From Phallusia mammillata (lineage: Eukaryota): DNA of 64,000 bases. The position numbers were made by a program, and so were the translations under genes. The DNA is taken from positions 17,050,001 to 17,114,000 of the forward strand of contig OZ281498.1 of NCBI GenBank assembly GCA_965637545.1, read 5' to 3'. The notes under the pieces are model-generated. The model saw only the letters and a list, made by a program, of their open reading frames with translations. It did no database searches and was not told where the DNA came from. Below are positions 1 through 12,851 of the stretch, piece by piece (the first letter of the stretch is position 1; each line of letters starts with the position of its first letter).

Positions 1-3000
1 CAGTTGTCCCGTTTGTTCCGATGAAGCACCAGTCTGGTCATACTGGCGGCCTGCACCGACCAGACCTTGTCCGGTGCCGAACTGGTTTGGCCCATACTGG
101 TTTGCGGAACCAGGATATTGATTTCCATAGTAGGGGTTGTATCTTTGGTTGTAAAAGCCATACTGGTTTCTAAAATCATTCTGCTGACCTGGTTGATTAC
201 CTGCGACTGCTCCATTGGCGTTGTAGTCGTTTAGACCGCCACCCAACTGATTTTGCGAGCTAGTTTCATCGGCGCTTGTATCATCCGAAGTATCTTTGGT
301 GTCTGAACTGGTAGCTTGTTTCCCTGAGGTGCCGCCTAGGTAGTTTAGGCTGTTGTAATAACCAGGGTACTGTTGGTTGAAATTTTGGTAAGGTGAAAGT
401 TGTCCGTTTCCTAGTAACTGGTTTTGTGCGTTGCTAGAGGAAGGCAGACCGCTTTGAGACACAGAATCTGCTGCTTTCGGGCTGGCTTGTGGGTCGCCTG
501 TCCTGCCTTGCTGATAACCAGGGTAATTGACATAACCTGGATACTGCTGTTGTTGGAAATTGTAGCCGTTGTAACCACGGAAGCCAGTATTTCCTCCAAA
601 TCCAGTGGTCTCTCCCTGAGATCCGTATCCCGGATAGCTCGCGGGATTCGGTTTCAACGCATCTTTAGCTCCTTGTGATGTTTGGCCTCCGGCAGTATCT
701 GGACTCACCAGAGGAGGAACCACCACGTTTTCACCATTGTTGGTTTGGCTTCCAGATGCGGAGGAAGAAGACAAAGATGGTGAAGAATCGGACGAAGGTT
801 GTCTGTAGCCACCACCAGTGTTTCCGAAGTTATTCCAGTCCGCTTGAAGAAGAGTGGTGTCGTAGCCTACCTTGTCAATGTCAGAACTTGGCGCATAATT
901 GGCTGGTCGCTCTCCGTACCGATTACTTGAGTATTGAGTTTCTGGGAGTTGGCCCTCTTCCTGAATTGGATCACGAAGAACGCGTTGAGTTGCTTCTAGT
1001 GCAAGAGATGTCTGTCGTGGCCCTAGGTAGAAAGGACGTTTGCAAATCATTGTATTTATATATGGTAGTGCGTTTTAGAAATGGTACGCTTTGCAGTTTA
1101 AAAGTTGTATTTGGTCAATGTATTTACCTTGGGTTCTTTCAATACATTCTTGGTCGTCGGTACAAAGCAGGGAACCACCCTCCGCGGGACAATAACACAC
1201 TTGACAGTTTGGCTTCTCTACCCTGTGGCATGCAAAATAAAAATGTTGCGTAAAAGGTTAGGAAAGATTGTACTAGGCTGTACAGGTCTTCTAAAAAAAG
1301 GTAAAAAGTGAATTGAAGAGATCCCATTGTAGATACTGTAACTATCTCGTTCAATACATTCATTAAATTGTCGCAAAATGCAATACAAGCAAGCAACAGT
1401 TTAAATTTAGTGCACTGGAAAACGGCATGTTACCATACCTGCTGCCTCCATTATGTTTTTCGCCGTCTTCTGCCACACATCCCACAGTCAGGCATTCAGC
1501 GCATCCTTCAGCATTCGTGAATGTGTCAATACAGTAGATGGGAGTTTGTGGACAGATTATCTTGGGCGCGTTCACTGGGCCAAAACCGCCAGGATTGGAG
1601 AACACCTCACCAAAGCTGTAAAAAGATTATTAAGTTAAAAATATAAACGTGACATCGGAGAGCTCAAAAAAGTTGAGATAAAATATATGTGTTGCACTGG
1701 TAGAATACGCATCAGACCAAGACAATGTTAAATTTGAGATCACATTAATGTTATGGTGCGTACCAAAAGCATTTGTTAATTTGTGAGCAAATATAAATAT
1801 TACAAAAACGTTTTCGCACACAACACCTTGGTGTGCTTTAAAAATATCTCATACACTTTTACCTTACCCTAACAAAACAACTATAGACAACATGCAACAA
1901 ACAAAACTGTTTTGTAGAAGATTTCTCGATCTTAGCTAAGGCGTTATCTTGCTTTCAAACAGGAGAAATGTCCTTAAATCGTTAAAGAACCGCCACCGCA
2001 ACATAGAAATCAAGGAAAAATATCTTTAGCCGACCCAGTAGGTTCTTAATCGCGATCAGCTGCAGCCGCCAAGCTCAAACACCCGGAAAATCGTTGAGTA
2101 TTGGAAGATATACGAAACAATAGGCCAATGTTACGACACAATAAGGCGGTTTCAAGGCTCAGGTGCCCAAAATTTAACTTGATCCTTATCCAAGGCCCCG
2201 GCAGCGGGGGAATTCCCTCTCGTGCTCTGAGGTCCGGATGTAGGTTATGGTTAAATTGACTTGGACATTAAATTGCACGATCATGTTATGACACAGTTGC
2301 GTTGTTATCTAAAACGACTCTACAATGACAGCTGTGTGTCGTTAAATTCAAACTGCGATTTTTTTTTTCAGCAACAGGTTTGCAATAGAGATTTAAAAGT
2401 GGGTACATTTCAGGAAGAAAACCAATTGGGAGAATTTTATGCAGTTAGAAGCCAAAAACTGGCCATTTTTGGCGTTTGCTAAGCTCACAAAATATTAAGC
2501 GAAAGTCCGCAAGTTTAAGTGTTCGGGTGTATGCTAAAAGAAAAAGAAAATGGGCCAAAAACGTTGTACAGTGTAGTCATAAAAAATATGTCATAGCTGT
2601 TTGTGTCTGTTTATAGTTGGTGCCATAAGTTTAATGCACTCTCTCACGTACCCGGAAATTCCTCAATTTTATCGTGTGTATTATAGCCCTTTGCCCGCAG
2701 GCCACATATATACAAGTCATAAGTTATTCGACCATCTGTACGTTGACTCCTTATCACTACAGCCGACTTCCGCGTGGCAAATCTGCTCACGGCTTGTCAC
2801 AGATCATTCGCCACTCCTTATATCAGGATTTTTGGGCGAAATTCCATGTTGTACGACCTGGCCGTATTTATAGGTTTGTGTGCCACTTCTACGAATTTTT
2901 TATTCGTGGCAAAGGACGGCATTTTGCGACACTTTGACATGGGATGTGGCTTGGTACTAACATGAGTTGCACTGCTAAACATGAAACACGTGCTGATATT

Positions 3001-6000
3001 TATCAGAGGTGTGCACACTAGTTCGCAAACTGGCATTTGTGGAACACTAAATATTTAATGGAGAAACGAAGTAGGCATAACCGGAAAAACACTTGCTCTA
3101 ACTTAAATACGATGGAAAACAGACAGAAAGTTAAAAGATTTAAGAGCTGAGCTCTAAATACGTCATATATATAAATTCAGCTGCTTTGTATTAAAATAAG
3201 TTAAACGGAAGAATTTGCATATCGATCCACTTAACAAAAAGAGGACTATCATAGACGTCCGTAACTTAGGCAATTAAACTCGGTAATCAATATGACCATT
3301 TTAAACGGACCCCGTGAAAGGTTTAAAGTTACTTAAGCATCGAGCCAACGCCCTAATGACCCAACCATCGTCTCTTACGTAACGAAACCTCGGCCTATGT
3401 TACAGATAAATCCGCTAACAACAGGAAGCGGTTGGAAACTGTGTTGGAACACGTCGTCCGTAACGCGTTGAACAGGATTTAAACGTTACGTCAAAAGAAA
3501 CCGCAAAGGCCGGAGGTCGAGGTGTATTATCAAAAGCCGACGTTTATCGCAAAAATCTCCTGTATTTTGTCACCCAAAATGCATGCATAGGATGTGATAT
3601 GCTTGTGGTTGCGGTTAGACCGATGGTTATCGAACGGATTTAGTTACCTGCAAGCTATGGCTCCGCCGCCCTTGGGACACCGACAAATTGTGCTCCCGCT
3701 GTCCACTGAGTACGATTCTCCTTCTGGCACTTGCCCGTCTCTGAAAAATAGTAAAAGCAATTTTCAGTAAGATATGACTGTGAGAGCACAGAGCAAATAA
3801 AAAAATGAAGACATGGTCCACACATAATGCAACCACAGAATATGAATATTTGTTCACCATGTTTTTTATGTTGCTAACATAGTTAAAAACCAACCAATAC
3901 TCTTCTAGGTTGATTGTGTCTTTCTATTTCTTCACATTGAACCCCTTTTGCGATTAGAATACTTACTATTTACCCCCAAGAACCCTAACTAAAGTGCGTA
4001 TGGGCAAAACACATGTGGCGCCACGAGTCCAATTTTGCTTCGGAAGCCAAACGTAAAATTTACTGCCAAAAAAACCACACTAAACAAATATCATCAAAGC
4101 ACTGTTTCTTAAGAAACGTTTGGAACAAACTAGCGTTGACTAAACGGTTGGCACAAACCAAAACAGAAAAAATACGCAGGAAGGGGACCCATAACAAGCA
4201 CTATTGTGTTTGGACCATCTTATCCGATTAGAAATCATTACGTGAAAAGCGAAACTGCAAACCTACCGAACTACACAAAAGACTGCTTGTTGTTGGGACT
4301 AATGTTAATACCAAGATAGGAGTAATGAGTCATTGCATGCCTTGTAACCTAAGTGATTGCCACGATTATCAACCTTATTAACGTCCAATACCACCGCATG
4401 ACTCATGAAGTTAAACCAGCGTCGTCTGGTCCCTAATGTTAAATAGGAAACGATGCGGCGGTGAGGTTGATCTTTTGAAAGATTACTTTAAGTATATAAC
4501 TGTTAAATAAGATAGTGTTCTTAAGCACATATTCGCCTTTCGTACCATCAACCAAAAACAAGCACGGCAGATGCAAAATCACAACAAAATAGTTGGTCAA
4601 ATCTAGCTGGGAACAAGTTCCAATTTGAATTTTCGGTCTATTGGAATATTGAAGTTTTTTGGGGATCTTCTTCAAACAGCTAAGCATGTGAACCGACCTT
4701 TGGCGTTAAGGAAACGTGTTTAAATCGCAAAATCGGGTTCACCGTACACAAGCAGGAAACCGAACGTAGAACCTAACACGAGTGTGATAACTCCGAAATC
4801 GGCTTCTGTACGTCTCTGCCGCACACAAACAAACATACAAGTCTTCAAACATGCCCGGATCATCTCGGAGTGCCGCACGCAAACAATCGAATCAGAAGCG
4901 GCTTGAAACGCTTGCCCGACGAGGCGTCAATCGTCGCTGGGGAAAACTCTTTAGCAGATGACTGTGTCGACTGTGGCCAGGTCGACGACGGCTGTAGGAA
5001 AACCGGAACCCAGGCAACTACACCCAATCATAGGGAAGCATGAAAGCATAGGGCGCAGGCGATCGGCTTCTACGATCAAGTTCTGGAAGTCGAGCACCTT
5101 GTTTACCGGTCAACACGTTCAATTGTGCATTGTAGTGGCGCGGCGTCACCGGGCGATGTTTAACAATTCGAGTATTGTGTCGCTGTTTTAATGCTATGAG
5201 AACGCAGTGAAGCAGGGGCGCCACTCCGTGTGGTTGCGGTTGTTCTAATAAGGCTGAAGTTTTTACCTTTTTGGATCATGACAAATTTTGCTTCTATACA
5301 AATTTAAACTTGTTTTCGTCGAAATCTATCGCCTAATCACTTAAAATACGAACGATGAAAGTTACCGGTAAAACACTAGACGACGTATCGTAGTTTCCTC
5401 GTGTGAAAACACGATCGAAATGCCACGCAAACAAGACAACGCAAAAATCCCAGCCCGCACGAGTAACGTCAAGAAATCGGGCAAAGAGAAACCGCTCTTC
5501 ACAGCGACTGACGAGCAAATATTGACAAAAGCTCGAAAAGTGATCATAACAGGAGCGCCACATAGGGCTTTTTGGCAACAAGGATTATTTTTCTTTCCGC
5601 TCGTCGAAGCTTGTTTCGACCCAAGCGTCTCCACACAGGCATGTCACGTAACAGATGTACGACATGAGTGGGTCAAATAAACGCCCGGTCGCTGATATAA
5701 ATACTCAATAATCGCTGGAGACGCGTGCGATACCCTCTATGGTCGGCTCCACTACCAAATCGCCGAAGGCCATTGTGATAGTTATTTTTATGTCACATTT
5801 ATACAAAATCGTCGCCTAAATTTTAAAAGACTATTCATACAAGGAAACGTATGCTCAGTGTTTTTTCAAGGTGTTTTGGGGGACCGAAACGGTCCCCCAA
5901 ATTTCTCCAGCGGTTTCCCAAAATTTGGATTTGGCTATTTTTTGGTATTTAAATGAAACACTTGCGGTCTCTTAAAACTACTTAGCGGTCACCCAAACCA

Positions 6001-7599
6001 AACCTTAAAAAAACCTGCGTATGCTATATGGTTTTATTCCATTTTTAATAAATGCAGAAAATCCCGAATTCAAGTGTCTATTTTAACACGAAAACAAATA
6101 AAAACTTACGCGTAGCCGTTTTGCTCACAGTCGTATCGTTGATGAAAACCTTGACAAATGCAGCCAAATTGGGCACAAGTGGGGCAACAGTCGCCTTGCG
6201 TTACATTGAGGCAGTTTCTCGGAGGCACGCACTGACTTCTGTCGCAAGGCTGATCCTGGTCTAAATCTGTGACGGTGGAATCCGCAGCCGGTGCCTGTAC
6301 CGCTTGGGATTCTTGTGGCGCCACTGAAAAATCAAAGACACGTTGCGGTTATTGATTGCGGTTTAAAGTGTTGGTTCATGCGGGTCCAATGCTGCTCGTT
6401 GCAGAATTGCACGCGGACCTTGCACTCTGCTGATTATTATAGGACAAAGATCGTTGAGTTGCTCGCTAAAGTTTATGGTTCAGAAAAGTTAACATGATGT
6501 CAAGTCGGCTTTAACATTTGCTGAGCAAGCACATTCCGAAAATTTGAGTCTTTTATTGGAAAATTGCGGTAAAAGGAAATTGTTAAATTTGTAAGTTGTG
6601 GGAAAACAGGTTGACCGTAGATTTTCAGTAATGTTACGCTAATTCCATGCAGTGTTTTTGAAACGAAAGCAATTCTCCTGACTTTGGAAGCCAAATTGTA
6701 GCGACATCGGTTATGATGTCATTTTCCGGCCAAATCACAAAATGGGTGAATCAACATCCGCAGTTTGTTTGTGGGGTGCAAGACAACAACTATTTTTAGT
6801 CACCAAACTTGCCAAGCCACTTTTCTGGCCTGGGATTTCGAGTCAGAAATAAGTCAGTGCTGACCGAAATAGGGGAAATGGGAAACGCTTGGCGAGCTTT
6901 GAAACGGTGCAAATCGCTTAAGGGGCCAAATAACCAGGATCTGAGCAATGATGTGGTGTGAACAAGCAGAAAATGTTTGTAATTCAACTTCAAATGCGAC
7001 ATAATTGGCCCGAACTATAATAATACCACCTGTGCCAAAACCTATTTCACTTTTGATTGTCAAATTATCTGCTGGATAAAACTATAACGTTTTGTAAACC
7101 CCCATGGATTACTTACTTTGCGGTGTTTGAAAGAAAACGTTGTAAATGTGTTTAAGTCCCAAAGCATTTTAAATGTTAACAAACCTGGTTGATCCTGTTG
7201 ATGACTTGGTTGGGGTTCCACAGATTCCGGTTGTTGCAGAGAAGATGCGAAGTTATCTTGAGATGAAGGTTGAGGATACCCTCCCGCTGCTGTCTGGAAC
7301 GCTTGATCTGCACTGGGTTCAGCATCAACTGGTCGAAGAGGCGGTACTTGTGGATTCGAGAATCCATAGGATGAGGGCGCCAGATTGTTCTGGAAGGGAT
7401 TCTGGCCGAGATAGGAAATCTCTCTGTCATCAGTCGTTTTGCCTCGTCGGCCACGAATCAACATGTCTTGTGTTTTGTAAAGTTGCCTTGGATTGGGTAC
7501 ACGGCGGTTGCGCATGTTACGCATATGGGTGTAGGGATAGCATGACGCCAAAGCGACAAAACCGACGAGAAGTAGCGGGAGCGCTAAGCGGTTTTCCAT
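1..7599 (-). CDS. FBLN2: Fibulin-2-like secreted ECM protein (5' part; continues beyond position 1)
   Basis: Exons 7599-7185, 6323-6110, 3740-3648, 1615-1439, 1222-1128, 1022-<1; all GT-AG, phases 1,2,2,2,1 join in frame. Signal peptide MENRLALPLLLVGFVALASC. The spliced Cys-rich block CDRSQCVPPRNCLNVTQGDCCPTCAQFGCICQGFHQRYDCEQNGYADGQVPEGESYSVDSGSTICRCPKGGGAIAC...CPQTPIYCIDTFTNAEGCAECLTVGCV...CQVCYCPAEGGSLLC matches the vertebrate fibulin-2 Na subdomain as I recall it. Anaphylatoxin, cbEGF and FC domains are not in the window, so the symbol is provisional. Confidence 0.75.
5856..6017. mobile_element. hAT-type MITE (family A, copy 1)
   Basis: Ends CAGTGTTTTTTCAAGGT...ACCTTAAAAAAACCTG; perfect 8-bp TSD CGTATGCT (5848-5855, 6018-6025); near-identical copy at 25211-25382. 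Confidence 0.85.
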
Positions 7600-10500
7600 G
7601 GTTACACGCAGCAAGGTATTTGTTATCCTGTTTTTGCGTTAACCTACAGTCTACAAAAAGATAAAAATGGAATTAATTTTAGAAACGTACATTGATTACG
7701 AAATATTACGGAATATATCGGTCTGGGCGTGTGACGCAAACATTATTTAAACACAATGATGGGAAATATATGTAATTAACTTGTCCTAGATCAAATCAAA
7801 AGTAGCAATTTTACATCCGATTACGCCTGGTTACGAGCAACTAATGATATCCTTCAAAGGCAAAAATTAAGAGGAGGTTTAAAATCGGGAGCTGTTCAGG
7901 TCATTGCTCACAATCATATGTGCAGAACAATAAGGGATGGTCAGTTGCCAAGCTTTGGAACGGAGATGGGCGCGCCCTGGTAGCGTCACAAGCCAAATTT
8001 GTACCTACACTGCTGCGCAAGTAATAAACGCAACTGCAGCAGAGCCAAAAATTGCGACTCGGGTAATATGACGCCCATTTGGCCTCACAATCGCAGTTTG
8101 AATGGCCGCACTTTGGACCTCAACAAGGTGCTTGGGCAACGCAGGGAGACACAGCGTGGGCGCAAGCGGCTACAAGCTCGTCGCGTCAGTTATATGACCA
8201 AACAAACAATCTTACGGCCGTCGCCACTGCTGCACCTAGATAAACAAACACCGTCCAGCCGTGTAATGCGTGTATTTAGATTTATCGCAGGGCAAACCAC
8301 AAACATCTGTGGTGCACAACTCTGTCCAGTTTGATGGCACGTTATCGCCCATTTCAGGGACTTGAAAGCTTAACTGTAGACTTTCATGCTGCCGCAAAAA
8401 CACTTTCAAGGTAGTATCTGCTGAAAAATCTTAAAAACTTAAGACCACACATCACCTACGCGTTCTTGGAATTTTCTCACTCCTTGGCCACGCCAAACCC
8501 ACAATCATCGCACTCCAAACAGGACAAAACCTGCAGTGCGCAACAATGTACATTGTACTCAAACAATCACCCACGGAGAGAAAGCTTATTTGGTTTCGGC
8601 TTAAAATTGCTCAAGTGCGCATGACCAAGAAGTCTTTTTTGTGGTTTTTCGTCGCTCCTAAACGGAGTAAAAGATGATATTCGTGTAAACAGCGAATTGG
8701 CAATGTGTACCAAGCATTTCAGACCGCCATCACCCAGTTGTGTGCGGGGAAATTTGAAAGTTGTAGTTACAGCAAAGTTCGTCAGTTAACCAACAGTTTA
8801 CTTCTATTCGGTGACTTGGGATTTGGTACATAATATATGCTACTTCACACTAAGCACCATGATTAAGTCTATCTATTATCCATCTTTGTCACATCGATAG
8901 CACAAAGAGATCGCATGCAAATCAACAACAAAGACAACAACCTACAAAAAACGTATGTAACTAAAACTTGCCATGACTTTCGGTATAGCAACTGCCTTAA
9001 ACCTATTTGACAGCTCAACAAACCTAACTGAAATGACAATTTAAATGGGGTTACTCGGGAACCCTAGCAATAAGTCAGGCCTCCCTTGACCTTAATTCAA
9101 CCGAAACCCCGTTCTGAAGTTAAAGGGAAACTTTCAAAGGCGCTCGTCTACAACGCGTTTCCTGAAATTCGCTGAGTTTTAGGAGCATTCACTACTCTAC
9201 GCCATGCGAATTATAGTCGAACCATGGGGGCCCACGACAGCGTTTGCCTACTTCTTTCACTCTGTGTGCTGTTGCTGTGTAAGCGGTGTGGGAGGCACGC
9301 TGGGTCGTTAGCGCTAGGAGCGGTAAGCTTCACCGGCGATCATGCATTTTTGGTGGCTTCGTGAGAGAATGGCTTCAACGCCAAATACTTGCGGCAAAGA
9401 TCCATTATCATTCTTTTGCAAGCCCATTTATATCTTTCCAGTTAACTACGCAATTCTAGAATAGTCACGGCTCTTACCGACATAAAAAAACGCTTTATGT
9501 GGTCTTATAACAACCAAAATTACAGCATTCCTATATAGATCCACCTGTTTTGTCTTGTTGCATGTAGTTGAATGGGCATCAAAAAACTGGCAAACGACAG
9601 ACCTTAATAGTCGTGCAGTCAACAAGGGCCCGTGTGAACATAGTTGACATATCACATTTTCGCTTGCTTTACTGTTTAGACAAACTCAAGGACAAGGACA
9701 CCAAGTTGGTCAAACACGCCGATAAAATGTTCGCTAGCATTTGATCAGACGTACAAGTGGAAGCACCGCAAAGTCATGTCATAAACCATCATCAAACATG
9801 TTACGCGTGAGAAATACACAAAAAGATAAAGTCGCGCTTCACAACCTTAACTTAAACCTGATAAATAAATAAAGTACATCGTACCTGACACCTTTCCTGC
9901 TTTAGTGGTACGCCCTCAGTGCCTGTTAACTAGACCGCGGATAGATCATTAAACGAAGTCACCCTTTTTTGTCTAATTATGCACTTGAGTTGAAAGTTTT
10001 AGCCAAGGGGCGTCGACCGCGTCCACTTAAACTGACGGTGGTACTTAGTTTGCTAATTTAATGTTGAATCTGCCATAACTCCACGTTTCAACAAGTATTC
10101 TGACACGGAATAAGCCGTGAGAAAAGTGGATTCAAGTGCTTTCCTGACCAACTTCCTGGCCATTAAACTCAAAACTACCACTGAACACAACGGTCAGACC
10201 CAGGCGAACACACATCGTACATCGCCGTTGACAAACGTTTTGGCGGGATTTGGTGCTTGAGTCTCCCGCGAAATCTCTTGTGTTTTCACATTGTGAAAAC
10301 CATTCTACTGCCAGGCAAGGCAGAAAGATCAGCAAAAAATGCGCCATATCGCGCTATTTAACTTGCTCTTTTTTCGTCGGCGTTACAGCTGCTTGTGTAA
10401 ATACGACTACACGTTCAATGGAATGCTGCGACGGTTTCCTGGCGCACTACATCACACTGACGTAACAAACGATTGGAGCAAGGCCTGGGAGCACGGACTT

Positions 10501-12529
10501 TGAATCAAGCTCTTGGGACGTGACCCGTTAACTTCAAGTCAATTCGAAAAATGTTGACGATTTTTACATTTTCTTGTACCGTAACGCAAATGGCATGTAG
10601 AACAGACACGTTTAGACCACCGGCACACACATCTCTCCACACAAAAGTCATAGGATTTTCATCGCACCACCAACGATGTTTAACACAAAACACACTTTTA
10701 GGTATGCACGATTTAACTCTTTATTGCATCACACAGCCGTGAATTGGGACGCTTGCAGTGGCGACCTTTTCAACCTTCACAAGTTTTCCAAAACCCAAAC
10801 GAGTAGTCATGCCACGCGTATAAGTGTGTGGCAGGCTACGCACTATCGCAACGGAACTACAAGAAGATAAGAACGGAAGCATTACCAAATTATGGGCGCT
10901 TGAGCTACAAACAGAGTCTAACTTGCCGCCATTGTGTATACATTCCTCTTATGATTAATTGCTTTTCCATAACTGCCGGTGGTGCCTCTTCGTAAAGCTA
11001 ACGTGCGGCAAAAAGCCAGAATATTGAACTTGTTTTGAGGCATAAGCCAAAGTTTTGAACTTATTTTCGTTCAACTTTTAAATGGTAATACTTTTTTGTA
11101 TTTTGCTTTACATGGGCTACTTTTGTTGCTATCATACACAGCTGTCTGTACAATATCTTTGTTTAAATTAGACTCTGGTATGTATAAAAATTTCCAACTC
11201 CTGCAAATTATTACCTTTCTATCCTGAGCCATTTCCAGGAAAGGTTGTTTTAACCGTCACAGTTCCAGGAAAATATTCAACTTATTTTGTTTAAAATTAC
11301 TGACCATTGACCAATTTTGCAGGAATTAAAAAGTTGCTGCACTTCAAATGTATCTCGTGCATTTGGCGTCATCCACTAGAACTACTTTGTCTACTATGAT
11401 ATCAGTCATTAATTTTATTCCACGCGTACTGTTACGTCACAGTGCTTTTCTTTTGTTGCCATGCTTAAAGTTGATCCTTCGCTCCCAAAGGCATGGACTT
11501 ATTTAGACCTCATGTTCCTGAGGGATTTCAAGCATCGGGCATTGACTGAGCTTTGGACTATGCAACCTATAATCAATTTAAATCTATTCACCGTGCAGTT
11601 TAACAACATCAAAAGTCTTGTAGAGCGTCAGCAGTAACCTAGCCTTGTGCCAGAAAGCCAGCTTTTTAGTCTTGCAGCGTCGGTTGTCAAGGGAGTTGAC
11701 ACTATAGGTAAGGGTGTGCTGCAATTGCTGTTTGTTTACTAATTGAAGACCTAGGCGTTGTGGGCATTGGCAAATATTCATTTGTTATGGTAAAAAACCT
11801 CTCATCCTGCCTTGCAAATACAAGGGGAGTGTTTATGTAAAGACTATAAACAAAGCCATTGGGTTGTAATTCAACAAGAAGCCTATTGGTTGGATTAAGT
11901 TAATGATATTGTTTTCTTACTGGGTACATCAGCACTAATAGCACCCTTACCCCTTCTTTAACTGCAACAAATTGGCTTCTAAAGTTGTCAAATCGGGCAT
12001 CATATGCAATCAAGACCAAGCAGCCTGTCTTCCCTCCACAAAACAAAGATAAGTTTTACTGAAAGATAGTGATAAATTAGTCTACAAATGAGAAGCTTAC
12101 ACTCGATTTTTTCTGGCGCCCCATGTTTGTTTTTTTTTCTTTGGGAAACCCAAAATTGTAAATCGTGATTGACATTTACCCGCTTGTTTACACAAAGTGG
12201 TTCCTGGGAAGCACTAGGTGCCATGGGCTTCGGAAGTCCAAGTCACACAGAGCGCATAGTTACCATTCTTTTCTCGCACTGCGATCTACTAGGAGTTGTC
12301 TAATGCAACACAGGGCAGGTGCCGATATATAACTCAAGCTTCCTTCGTTGGTGTTGAATGAAATTTGGCAACACTATCCGAATCAGGGGAGGCAGTAAAA
12401 GCAAACTCCGGCTTCCACAAAATAAACAACGTCGTGTTCGGGGCCTTACTGCAAGGAAACCGATCTTCTGCAGAACTGGTGGACATATGACGTGCTCAGA
12501 GTAACAAATCCCTAGGTTGTACGCTAAAG

Positions 12530-12851
12530 CAGTGGTTCCCAACCCGGGAGGAATTCCTCCCTAGGGAGGAATTTTATGAGTTCAGGGGAGGAATTTCATA
12601 AAAACTGTAAAAAAAATTACATTGGAAATGTTACAGAATATTTTTGTATCTACATTATTATGTCAATTACAATTTGGACCCGGTTCGCATTTGGAACCAG
12701 TTGTAAAGGATTCTGAAATGGACAATTATAAGGTCTGTTTCAAATTGCTATAATTTTTTCTGTTATATTTGCTTTTCTTCTTATGGGGAGGAATGAATAC
12801 TACGAAAATGGGCAAAGGGAGGAATGTAACAAAAAAAGTTGGGAACCACTG
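12530..12851. mobile_element. hAT (Charlie/Buster-type) MITE
   Basis: 14-bp TIR CAGTGGTTCCCAAC/GTTGGGAACCACTG; perfect TSD CGCTAAAG; five subterminal GGAGGAAT motifs. Confidence 0.9.

Noticed and set aside
424-1253. Plus-strand ORFs 424-678 and 675-1253 (192 aa)
   Set aside because: Antisense shadows of the low-complexity fibulin-like exon; no recognisable motifs.
2207-2217. Perfect NF-kB-like site GGGGAATTCCC in an intron
   Set aside because: A single short motif with no clustering or other support.
7173-7664. 163-aa plus-strand ORF
   Set aside because: Antisense to the signal-peptide exon of the fibulin-like gene.
9330-9428. Minus-strand mini-ORF containing FGVEAILS (eh1-like)
   Set aside because: Only 32 codons, with no splice context or homeobox/forkhead exon nearby.
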